A stretch of DNA of 64,000 nt, from assembly GCF_004010195.1 (NCBI RefSeq), contig NC_057726.1, forward strand, positions 61,896,335-61,960,334. Reading direction: 5' to 3'. Positions 13,994-25,357 of this stretch are shown piece after piece; within the stretch, counting starts at the first letter, position 1; every line of letters begins with the position of its first letter. This stretch comes from Chiloscyllium plagiosum. Its lineage: Eukaryota. The notes beneath the pieces are model-generated. The model had not been told where the DNA came from and ran no database searches. It was given only the letters and a program-made list of their open reading frames with translations. The position numbers were made by a program, and so were the translations under genes.

Positions 13994-14630
13994 CTATGCA
14001 TTGGCTACATTTTCTGTTTTGTAATATGCCAAGTATAAGCATCTCTTCTCTTGAAATTGTGTTTTGGGATCTTTTACATGCATATTACAGAGTAGATAGA
14101 GCTTTTGTTTTTAAACACATGACCCAATGATGGTACACAAGACATTGCAGCACTTGCTCACAATAACATTTCAGTCTTGATTAGCACCCAGAATCTTTCT
14201 AATTAACGGTGATACAACATGTAAAAAGAAATTTGTTATAAAGTCATAATTACGGGAATTACCCTTTGCCGTGAAAGATAATGCTGCAGTATATCAAAAT
14301 GAAGTAATGTTGCAGAAGATTAATCAATTACCATCTTATTGCTGGTTCAATAGGCAAATGTGTTGGCAAATTGACTGTGTGTAAGCTACCAATGGTGACA
14401 GCATTCCCAAAAGTAATTCATAGGATGTGGAGTATTTTGGAATATTGTGAAAGTTACTGTATAACTATGATGACTTATTTTTAGAAAATGGGTCCATTCA
14501 TTAATTTGACAAAACAAACATCACATCTTGGCCAACATTGTCCAATACCATCCCAGGTAATAAAGTTTTCAGCACATCAAATGTGTTCCACTAATAAAGC
14601 TCTATTTATTTAATATTGTTTTTCTTACAG

Positions 14631-14833
14631 CTCCTAAAGACAATATGCGAACAAGGCAATGTGTTCGATGCTCTGAGCCAATACCAATGAATCCCAAAGG
14701 CAAAGAACAAGGATTAAGAAAAAGTAATACTCCAATGCCAGCTGTGAACCCAAGTGCAGGACCAAATATTAATGAAATTGCACCAAAAAGCAAGAAGCAC
14801 CGTAAGAAGGAGAGGGATCCTAAGTGTCCTTGA
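14631..14833 (+). CDS. Terminal cytoplasmic-tail exon of the same gene
   Basis: tttttcttacag acceptor; phase 1 continues the frame: APKDNMRTRQCVRCSEPIPMNPKGKEQGLRKSNTPMPAVNPSAGPNINEIAPKSKKHRKKERDPKCP* (includes ORF 14645-14833). Small intervening exons cannot be excluded. Confidence 0.75.
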
Positions 14834-15250
14834 TGATTGGAGAAGTAATGCGAACTATATTTTATAACAACTGTAGGTTCTCTTTGGAGAACACCTATAT
14901 TATTTTGGGCAGCATATGTTCACAAGTGAGTTTATGAGATAATCCAGAGAGTTGCAAAGTTATAAAATTACTGTTTTTAACTGTATTTGTTAACTCACTA
15001 AACATTACTTTTCTTCAATGAATTAATCTCTACAAATTGATAATACCCTTATCTCTGATCAGTTTTGATAATTAGGCAAACATCTTGATTGAGTGTTCAC
15101 ATTTTTCTGTAATGATTGTTAGTGTATTAATTTTTGAAAACAAAAACCCATGCATGGGAAAGTACAATGAACACAAATCTAACTTAATGCCTGTTCTTCA
15201 GCCAGACTCATTCTGTGTATTTTCTGTGTCCGTTCACCAAGAGGTTCGAG

Positions 15251-15256
15251 AATAAA
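15251..15256 (+). promoter_or_regulatory. Candidate polyadenylation signal
   Basis: AATAAA about 420 nt after the stop codon, just before repeat-derived sequence begins. Confidence 0.35.
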
Positions 15257-16468
15257 TGCCTCATCCATATCTAGGATACAGAGTTTGAATCCACCATTCA
15301 TAGACAGTATATGCAATTTCAGTCTTTAATCATTTCTCCTTCTGTGGAATTCAACCACATATTCACCCCCACTTTGGGTAATTTGGGAATTATGTGATAA
15401 CCTAAAATGGGTGGGAGGAAATTGACAGTCCATTTTGCACGTCTGAATTTGTATTTACCCAGACTGTAGAAAATACAAGCAAGAGCTCCTACAGATGTTG
15501 ATAAAGGAAAGGAAAGTCAGTGAAGCATATGTCCTCCAGAGAATGAGAATTGGGAGTTAAAAGTTGATAATAAAGAAATGGCAATCAAAATTAACAAATA
15601 CCTTACTTCTAACTTCACAATAGAGGATGTAGAAAGTATTGCAGTAATGGCTCTTCATCAGAAGGTGAAGAGAAGAGGGGAACTTGGTAAAATTACAATC
15701 ACAGAGGAAGCAGTGCAGAAAAAAAACTGTTAGAGCTGTTGGTTCATAAGGCCTTGAATTTCACCCTAGCGTATGAAAAGCAGCAGCTAATGTGGAAATT
15801 GGCATGATTGTGTGATTTTTTTAGAATTCTCAAGATTCTGGAAAATTTCATCAGATTGGAAAGTAGCAAACAAAGCTTCTATCCTCAAGAAGGGAGAGAG
15901 GCAGAGAACTCAAAACTGTAGGCCAGGCAGCTTGACATCCATCATGGGGGCATGTGTTAAGTGTACTTCATCAAAGATATAATAGCTTGGAATTTAGGAA
16001 AACACAGGATATTGTGTAAAATGTGATTATGTTTAATTAAGTTATTGTAGTTCTTTGAACAAGCAACATTACTGTGGATAAAAAAAATCTACCTACTGAT
16101 GTTCTGTAGTTTGATTTCCAGAAGAAGTTTGACAATGTGCCACATAAAAAGATTGTTGTGTAAAGTAGGAATAAATTGTATAGTGATTACATCTGTGATG
16201 AAGTTGAAGGTGTGTACTATACCTTGAACAGTGAGTGAATGCAATTCTGAACTGAGACCTGACGAGTACTGATGATGGAAAATTTAATATATGTAACATT
16301 TGGCTGTGAAATGGATACTTGAGCTTGTTGCTGTTTTGACAAAAAATTGAATTTAACCAAACAGCTTAAATTATGCTCATGATACTAAAACCAATTGAGT
16401 TTGAATTTATTGTTTTGCTAACATCAAACCATGATACAATCCAATGTTAGGGGTATAACAAAAGCAGG

Positions 16469-16571
16469 AGGAGAATGTGAGGACTGAAGAAGGGTTTATG
16501 CCCGAAACGTCAATTCTCCTGTTTCTTGGATGCTGCCTGACCTGCTGCGCTTTTCCAGCAACACATTTTCA
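16469..16571 (+). mobile_element. PLE-like short element, family 1, with hammerhead core
   Basis: CTGAAGA-A-GGGT-TTAT-GCCC-GAAACGTC at 16484-16511; 17-bp direct repeat ggtataacaaaagcagg (16452-16468, 16572-16588). Confidence 0.8.
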
Positions 16572-16620
16572 GGTATAACAAAAGCAGGCAGTTTGAAAAT
16601 CAGACAGAGTAACTGCCATT

Positions 16621-16648
16621 GAGAGAGAGGGAGAGAGAGAGAGAGAGA
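16621..16648. repeat. (GA)n microsatellite
   Basis: gagagagagggagagagagagagagaga. Confidence 0.9.
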
Positions 16649-17893
16649 CCCAAAAGACTGAAACACTCTTTACCAAAGTTACATTTCACATGAAACATCT
16701 TCACAGTAAAACGAAAGAAGCTGACCCAGAGAGATATTCAGCCGGAAGAAGACAGACACTTTGGATGACAGCTGCAGTATGGTTTTGAAATTAAGTCGAT
16801 GTAATTTTAACATGTTTGCATTAGAACAGTATATTGTTGTAGAGTTGGAGGTAGATAATAAACAGTTAAGAGAAAGGGGACGAAGAATTGTGAATAGTTA
16901 TTGATTAATGTTCACTTTTAGAGTTAAAGAATGAGTTTTCTGACTCGTATTTTAACAGATTACGAGGTGAGGTGAGATTTTTCTAGGTGTTTGGTTTAAT
17001 TAATAAAAGGGTTCACCACCATGCCATAACACATAGATGGCTAACATGGATAGAAGATTAGCTGGCTGGCAAGTGGAAAGTAGGGAATGCTTTCATGCAT
17101 CTTTTTCTGAATAGTTGGATGTGATGTTTGGGGTTCTGTAGCAGTTTATGCTGGTACTTCCTCTTTTTATAGTTCATATCAATGACTTGGATGAGGGAAG
17201 GGAAGGTCTTCTAGTTATGTTTGCATGTTACATAAAGATAGTCAGAAAAGTATGTCATGAAGAAGATATAAGGAACTTTCAATCAGGTATTCGTGGATTG
17301 ATTGAGTGGCCAACAATCTGACAGAAGAAATATAATGTGGAAAAATGTGAAGTTGTTCACTTTGGTAGGTAGAATAAAAAAAAAGCTGAGTACTATTTAA
17401 ATGGAGAATGACTGGTGAATTCCAAGGTGGGGAGGGATCTCGGTGCTCTAATACCAGTCAAAAATGTTAGTGCACAGGTATAGCAGGTAATTAAGCCAAT
17501 GGAATGCTATCCTTAAAAATATAACTCCTAAAATAAGAATTTATGCTTCAGTTACACAGGGCATTTGTGAGACCACGTTTTAAACACAATAGGTAGTTTT
17601 GATCTCTTTATATAAGGATGTAGGGGTGTAAAAATATAAATGCACTTGAAGTGGTTCAGAGGAGATTCACTAGATTGATGCCTTCAATGACCATGTTGTC
17701 TTTTGAGGTTATGTTGGGCAGGCTGGGCTTGTATCCACAGGACTTCGGAAGAGTGAGGCTCACTTGATTGAAGATCATTTATTTTTCTTTGGGCGGCGGG
17801 GGTTTGGTTCTGCAACTTTTATAATCTTGGCCTCAAAAAGTAATTAAAGCAGGGCCATTGGGTATTTTTAAGGTGGAGTTAGGTAGATTGTTG

Positions 17894-18008
17894 GATTAGT
17901 GGTGCTGGAAGAGCACAGCAATTCAGGTGCTGCCTGAATTGCTGTGTTCTTCCAGCACCACTAATCCAGAATCTGGTTTCCAGCATCTGCAGTCATTGTT
18001 TTTACCTC
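17894..18008. mobile_element. Fold-back PLE-like short element (family 1-related, core absent)
   Basis: gattagtggtgctggaagagcacagcaattcagg / cctgaattgctgtgttcttccagcaccactaatc hairpin; 15-bp direct repeat ttaggtagattgttg (17879-17893, 18009-18023). Confidence 0.75.
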
Positions 18009-18819
18009 TTAGGTAGATTGTTGTTAGCCAAAGAAATCCAATACTGTTGAGGATAAACGGGAGTATAGAATTTGAAACAAACAAACTGGCCGTTAACTTA
18101 TTGAGTGGTGCAGCAGCTTTGAAGGGCTGAATAGGCTTCTCCTACAATTTTGTGCATATATATGTTCTTAGTTTCACCCATTTGGAGTTTTATTTGCTCT
18201 TTCACATGCAGTGCTCAGAATTCAACTGGTTATTAGATACTAGGTATTCAGTGCCATGGCCGTGTACACTTTGTAGAGTTTCAGTTTCCATTTTATATTC
18301 AATAGAATAATTATTTTACCTTATTAGTACCATGTGCACAGAATTCTAATACCCATTCACATCACTGTCCAGAATTCTTTACTTTTTATTTTCAGCGAGC
18401 AGGATCTAGTGCTCAATTTTTATCCCATTCAACTATTAATTTGTCACCAAATATACACATTTTATTGCGTTCTAAACACTCGTGGTTCAAAACCTTACAT
18501 TTTTATGTTAAATCACATTATACAATTATACTAACTTAAAAATTGTAATCATTGTCAGGGATAACATACTAAGTAATGTTTATAATTATAAAGAGCACAG
18601 ATGAAAAAGACTCTTTTACAATCTGTTCACCTTAGCAAAGGGTCAACATGCAGACTGCGCGAATTTAACCTCGTAGAAGAACTGGAAAGGAAATAAGAAA
18701 ACGGTTTCACCCAGAGGATGGTAGGAATCTGGAAGTCACTGTCTGTAATTTGAGACAGCAAATTATACATTTGAAAACTATTTTCAAATATTGTGACACA
18801 TCAGGGAGGGAGAGAGTTA

Positions 18820-20790
18820 CCTGTACGTTGTGTTTCAGGAGACAGTTACACCACTTAGACTAACTTACTAACTCACATTTGGCCAGTGGTCAGGGACAGG
18901 AGTGTGTAGCTGTGAGTGAGGCAGGTAGAGGGATCCAGGAGGTAGAGTTGCAGGAGCCTCAGCCCCTGTCCTTGTCTGACAGGTTCAAGAATCTTGCTCC
19001 CTGTATGGACAGGATTGGAGACGGGAGGAAGGATGAGCTAACTGACAGCAGCATCATGGTTCAGGGAGCTATTCAGGTGGGGGGATAGAAGAGAAATGTT
19101 GTAATTGGAGATAGTATAGTTAGGGCATTGGATACTGTTCTCTGTGACCAGGATCGAGAGTCTCAAAATTTGTGTTGCCTACCTGGTGCTTGGGTTTGAG
19201 ATATCTAATCTGGGCTGCAGATTCAGGCTCATGTACCACATAGATACCAAAGACTAGTTAAAACTAGGGCAGACATTCTGCTAAGGTACTATGAACAGCT
19301 GGGAGCTAAATTAAAAAGCAGAACCAAAAAGGCAATGATCTCTGGATTACCATCTGAGCCGGTAATTGGCACAATGTCAATAGGATTATGCAGGTAAATG
19401 TATGGCTCAAATATTGGTGTGGGAGAAATGGGTTTGAATTCATGTGCATTAGCTCCAGTACTGGGGAAGAAGGGACCTGTTCCGATGGGACGGTCTTCAT
19501 CTGAATTGTGCTGGGACCAGAGTCATAGTGAATTGCATAATGAGGTCTGTAGACAGGGCTTTAAACTAAATGAGGTGGGGAGGGAGAGAATTCAGTTATC
19601 AGGGCAATTAGAAACCCAATTTAAGTGCAGGTTAGTGATGTGGCAAATGTTATCAGACAATAAAGGTGAGGGATGGAACAGGTGAATATTTATATGCACC
19701 AAGGAATTATATAAAAGTACGGAAATTTAACTGTGGAACAAATTTTAAAGCTTTATATATAAATGCACAAAGCATTCAAAACAAGATTATTGATTTAATT
19801 GCACAAATACAAACAAACGGGGATGATTTGTTAATGATTACCGAGACATAGTTACAAGGAGACCAAATCTGGGAATTGAATATCAAGGGGTACTCAGCAC
19901 TTCAGAAAGATAGATTCAAAGGGAAAGGAGGAGGTGTAACCTTGCTGGTGAAGGAATGGATCAATGCTCATGCTGACATAAGAATGGGAGATCACAATAT
20001 AGATTTAGTCTGGGTAGAAACAAAAAATAGCAAAGGGAAGAAGTATTTGGTAGGAGTAATCCAAAGGTCCCCAAACAGTGGTTCTGCAGTGGGGCACAGT
20101 ATAAACCATGAAATATGAGAGGATTGCAAGAAAGGTATGACAATAATCATGGGTGATTTTAACATGCACATAGATTGGAAGAATCAAATTGGCAACAGTA
20201 GCCTAGGGGCAGAGTTCATTGAATGTATTAGAGATTGTTTCTTGGAACAGCATGTTCTTCTTAGATTTCCTACAGTGTGGAAACAGGCCCTTCAGCCCAA
20301 CAAGTCCATACCGACCCTCCGAAGAGCAACCCACCCAGACCCATTCCCATTCCCTTACATTTACCCCTGCACCTAACATTACAGGCAATTTGGCATGGTC
20401 AATTCACCAAACCTGCACATCTTTGGATGATTCCCAGAGGAAACCCACACAGGCACAGGGAGAATGTGCAAACACCACACAGACAGCTGCCCGAGGCGGG
20501 AATTGAACCTGGGTCCCTGGAGCTGTGAGGCAGCAGTGTTAACCACTGAGCCACTGTGCTGCCCCAATCAGGGAGAAGGCTACTCTGGATGTGGTATTGT
20601 GTAATGAGGAGGCATTATTGATGGCATCACAGTTGAGGATCCTCTTGGGAGTAGTGACCATCGATTGAAGGGATATGGAGAGAAGGCAGCAAAATGGGGG
20701 TGAGGAACATATCAGCTATGATTGAATCACAGAGCAGACTTGATGGGCTGAATGGCCTAATTCTTCTCCTATATTTTATGATCTTATGAA
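18820..20790 (+). mobile_element. Decayed CR1 LINE: ORF1 (esterase-type) + APE endonuclease + short 3' end
   Basis: VIGDS (gtaattggagatagt) and CCLPGA (tgttgcctacctggtgct) ORF1 motifs; ALYINAQSIQNK...ITET; KGKGGGV; IIMGDFNMHIDW. Confidence 0.85.
20260..20566 (-). mobile_element. HE1-like V-SINE inserted in CR1
   Basis: Reverse complement begins gggcagcacagtggctcagtggttaacactgctgcctcacagc...ggttcaattccc; homologous to 4248-4604. Confidence 0.9.
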
Positions 20791-21149
20791 CTTATTTGGA
20801 CACCTCCTATAAGAGGTGTGACCTGTAAGCCTAGGGAACATGTACAGGAAGATGGGATGAGGCTGAATGGCTTCTCATGATTGGCACAGTCAAGATAGGT
20901 CAAATGTTCTTCTGTGTCATAAATGTTCTATGATGCTATGTATATTATTTTCATTTTCTGGTACTTGTATCATTAGTAAGTTATTTATACTGCTTTCTTG
21001 TACCAAACATCATTTGTTATCATCAGTTGTATTCCAATTACATTCTTTGTTTGATACTGTTATGGTAATTGAATTAAAATATAATAAAGATATAATCAAC
21101 TTTATTTTTATTTGTGAATTCTTATACCATATTTCATCACTTACACATT

Positions 21150-21375
21150 TTTAAAACAACATGTTGGAGAAACTCAGCAGGTCTAGTAATCATCTGTGAG
21201 GCAAAACAGAGTTAACATTTCAACCTCAGTGTAATTTTTGTTAAGAAGAACGGTCATTTAGGACTCAGTGTTAACTCTGCTTCTCTCCACACACACATGC
21301 TGCTGAACCTGCTGAATTTCTCCAGCACTTTGTTTGTATTTTGGATTCGCAATATTTGAAATGATTTGCTTTTAC
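21150..21375. mobile_element. Fold-back PLE-like short element, family 3 (decayed)
   Basis: ggagaaactcagcagg...cagagttaacatttc / gttaactctg...cctgctgaatttctccagc. Confidence 0.65.
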
Positions 21376-21931
21376 TTACAAGAATTCACACCAAGTTTTT
21401 TGTTTGCAGTAAGTAGTCCCTCAGAAGCTTTCACTATTTCTGATTTTGGGATGTTGACCCAAGATTAAAGACCAATGAGCAATTTATCAACCTATAATTT
21501 ATGCAAAAAAAAGAAAGCTACTGTCATCTGTGAAACATGCATCATAAAAGCCTACTTTCAATGCAAGTTTTTAATCCATTACTATTTGTTCCAACTCATT
21601 CCACACAAACGAAAGTATGCATTGGATTACAGTGATCACTCTCTTACCTAAGTGGTGAAATTTTCCTCTCGGAGCCTATCATTTCAAGAGTGGCATCAAG
21701 GCAGATGTAAATAGCTGTGCACTTTCTCAAATTTGATCAACCTACTGCAATTAGCAGCAGAATCCCACCTTTTTGTCATTTGGAGACAGAACATGCCCCG
21801 TCAAATTTGATGTGATTATAGATCATAGAGCTGAAATCTGTTTTTGAATCTGCAAGTTTCCTTTTCTACCGAGGTCCCATCTCACTGTCTGATTTCAAAA
21901 TGTTGATATATTGTTACATGCAAAGACCATA

Positions 21932-22841
21932 GGGCAGGATTTTTGGGATGGTCGCAATTTTCATGACTTGCCTCCTGAAGTGTCTGCAGGGAATGCATTT
22001 GCTGAAATGGGCTGCCCTACAGACATTTATTGCTCCAAAGAGCTTTAATTCATTGGTGAGGAATTTCCACACCTCACTTGCAAAGAATTCTGTGACTGCC
22101 AACACTACAGATCCAGCAACGCCGTCAGAAGTAGTGGCCAGGACTGGGACTACAAGTGAGACCAGATAAATGTGAGTGGTGTTATGGTAACCAACTCTTA
22201 TGAAAGAAAGTAAAGCACTGTTTGACCATGGGCATGGGATTGGGAATTTCTGGTAACTGTGAGAGCACTGTGGGTGGGGTTTCTATGGTGAGTGTAAATA
22301 GAAGAAACAAAGATAAGAGGAGAATCACAGAGACAGACTCCCACCGACTGCCATGAAATAAATGGGAAGAAGCCATTTGTGAGGAATGTGAAATCAAGGA
22401 TACTTCCTTAAAACCCAGGATGTTGGTCACCTAGATTTACTTAGGGTTGGAGAGAGATGGTTGCAGGTCTTGATGGAGAAATGTGGGGATTTGGAAGAAA
22501 CAGCCACACTGGATGTACCTTGTTTCGGAGGTGAACACCTACCGTGGAAAAGGGGCCGTTGAGGGAGACATGTCTCATCTGAGAACTGAACAGAATGACT
22601 TGGTGTGCATTCCCATCCCCTCAAACGCCACCTGCCAGTCTCAAAATTGAGGTTAGGGAGAAACGGCCTGAAGTGGTCATCGATTGACAACTTAAGGGCC
22701 TCAATTGTGGAAAGGGCAGGTAGACTAGCGTAGGCCTCACCCATCTCTAATATTATTGACAGAGTGTGGTGAGCTATCCATGGAATTCTAGGTGCACTCC
22801 AGCCCGCAAACCCACTGAGGGGGAGCTGTAAACTTGGACCG
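21932..22841. mobile_element. Probable non-autonomous DNA transposon relic (Harbinger-like)
   Basis: GC-richer block starting gggcaggatttt and ending gtaaacttggacc (a decayed inverted end); family assignment is from recollection of similar shark repeats only. Confidence 0.35.
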
Positions 22842-23660
22842 ATGGTTTCTCTTCAACTGACTTCTTGAAAGTTCTCAGTTGTTACTTGCACATGTTCCAA
22901 ATTCTAACATTAATGCTACTTGTGTTTGTGTAAAAGTTCTTTGTAAATGAGTGAATATAAGGAGTTTGCAAATGGATTAACATCCTTTCTATTTTCATTT
23001 CGAAGTTTCTTAAACTTGCAAAATAATTCCTATGTTGATCTGAGAATCCCAATAATAATTTTAAGATGCCATTGAATGAACATTGTTGGCTACATTCCAT
23101 ATGTTAATAATATCCATGAACAGCTTTTAATCAATTGTTGGATGTCACTGAATATGTGGTGAAAGAAACTTTGAATCCTTTGTTTTTGTGAAGCTGTGAA
23201 GAGTGATTCTGCCCTTCCTGTGTCTAAAGTCACTTGGATGGCTAAGTGTATACCATTAGCTGGTGCCCAGCAGTTGTTCCACCTCTTCCTATGCTGCAAA
23301 TGCTCAACACAGGAACCAATGTATTTTCTACCCTTGTGTAACTGGTGAGCAATACCATTTGTATCCCTTCATTGTCATCTAACTAAAGGTCTAGGCCTAA
23401 AGATCTTTGCTTTTATTTTGAGTGAAAGTTGAAGATTGTCCCTATTGTATTTCTGGTGGCTAGTTTTCTCACTTCAACAGCCTGCCAACTGCTGATGTTA
23501 TTTCTATTTTACACTGATTATTTGCAATCCCATGCCAGGTTTCCCAATCATAGGTTGGGAAAACTTTAATCAATATCAATCTCAGGTATCCCAGGATATT
23601 GTCAAGTTTTTGAGCAGCATAAATCATTAAAGTAATGGCATGCATGCTTGAAAATATACA

Positions 23661-25357
23661 TTGGACTTAAATTGTGCAAACAACAATTGGCTGAACTTGG
23701 CTGAGAACCAGCAGGCCAAACCAGTTCGCTGAAGTGATCTGCCCTTCAACCACTTTTAATGTAATACACACTTTTGAGAAGAATATCCACTTTGGCAATC
23801 TCAATTGACACCGGGTGACTGGCATTATGAAGCCCAACTGCTCAAGTGATTGCGTGGATTCTGGCAACGAACTCTTGCATTGCTTTGCAAGCCAGCAAAC
23901 ATCAAGATATAGGTTTGTGCCCTGCATTGGCATTCCTTAAGTAACTAGAGAACTAAATTGTAGATAAGGTATTTTCGAAAGTCTTCTGCTTTTATAATGT
24001 GTGTGGACTAATCCAGAATTATTTTGGATGTGTTGTGAGTTCTTAGATTGCCAGTGAGTGTTCTTTCATCGCCGTTGGTTAGAGGAGGAATAATAAGTGA
24101 ACATTTTACATGAGATCGGTCAACAGCTGTGAAAGTGCTTCTGTGTCTGCATCATTACAAGGCAATAGATCCAGTTTTACTTGATGCCCTCTATCATGTT
24201 CAGAGCAGACTTTGCCATGCTCCTTCCAGTGCCTGGAACTGGCAGGCCAGCCAATGCAAAAAGCATATGTCTCCATTCGCACTCCAATCCTTAAAGGTGG
24301 TATGGAGTCTTCTATATCAGAAATCATCTCCAGTGAGCTGGCAAATAAATCATCCTTCACCTAACCTGGCTGCAATTCATCCCCATCCATGGTCAGATGA
24401 TTCAGCATAAGCTGATATTCAATGCATACTTATCTTCAGGTTATGTGCAGTGTTAATAACTGTGCTCGTGGCTTTGACTGTCATCTCAAAGGATTGGGAA
24501 TCTCATTAGTGCTGTGCTGTTCCTCTCTTTCTATTTGGGCTCTGTGAGTGTGTAGGTGGCAGCCCTTGGGTACCTGAAAGCAATAATTGAGAGAAGGAAA
24601 GTTGTTGTGAAGGAAGGGTAGTAGAGTGGGAAGCAATAGTCACTCAATTGGTAGTTTGCTTATCATATTAGTTAGCAGGATATGGACGTCTGCGCATTGG
24701 TAACAGGAGTAAGGCAGAAACATACAATCATCCTTAATATTCTCAGAATTCTAGATGATGGGTCACCATAACAGCCTGGTGTTGCGTGCTTTTTAACATT
24801 GTATACCCCAGTCCAACACCAGTTGATCACTTGATAATATACTTTGGACCTAAACTGTGCGAACAACAATTGGCTGAAGTTGGCTGAGAACAAGTAGACC
24901 AAAGCCAGTTTGCTGAAGTGATCTGCACTTCAAGCCACTTTTGATGTGATACACACTTTTGAAAAAGATATCCACTTTGACGATCTCAGGTGACACTGGA
25001 TGGCTGGCCCAACTGCTCAAGTGAATCGCATGGGTTCAGGCAATGAACTCTTGCATTTCTTTGCAAGCTCACAAATGTCAAGATATAGGAATGTGCTTTG
25101 CATTGGCATTACTTAAGTAACTAGTGAACTAAATTGTGGCTAAGGTATTTTCGAAGGCCTTCTGCTATTATAACGTATGTGGACTAATCCAGAATTATTT
25201 TGGATGTGTTGTGAGTTCTTAGATTGCTGTTGGTTGGAGGAGGAATAATAAATGAACATTTTACATGAGATCGGTCAACAGCTGTGGAATTGCTTCTGTG
25301 TCTGCACCATTACAAGGTGACAGATCCAATTTTACATGATGTCTTCTATAATGTTCA
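23661..25357. repeat. Diverged direct duplication, about 520-540 bp units (23661-24202 and 24844-25357)
   Basis: Colinear throughout (e.g. ggactaatccagaattattttggatgtgttgtgagttcttagattgc in both) with scattered substitutions and two indels; both give ...VKLDL.PCN.ADTEA..QLLTDLM in the ORF track. Confidence 0.92.

Larger units (their letters stand above)
16194..17031 (+). mobile_element. Solo LTR inserted in CR1
   Basis: Non-CR1 block with TG...CA termini (tgtgatg...ccataaca), near-TSD catc/cata, internal (GA)n and aataaa near the end; CR1 sequence resumes afterwards. Confidence 0.55.
15400..18160 (+). mobile_element. Old CR1 LINE ORF2/3' end hosting nested insertions
   Basis: Decayed RT-type sequence (atatcaatgacttggatgaggg; aaatgtgaagttgttcactttggtagg; gttcagaggagattcactagattg) and tail gaagggctgaataggc. 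Confidence 0.75.
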
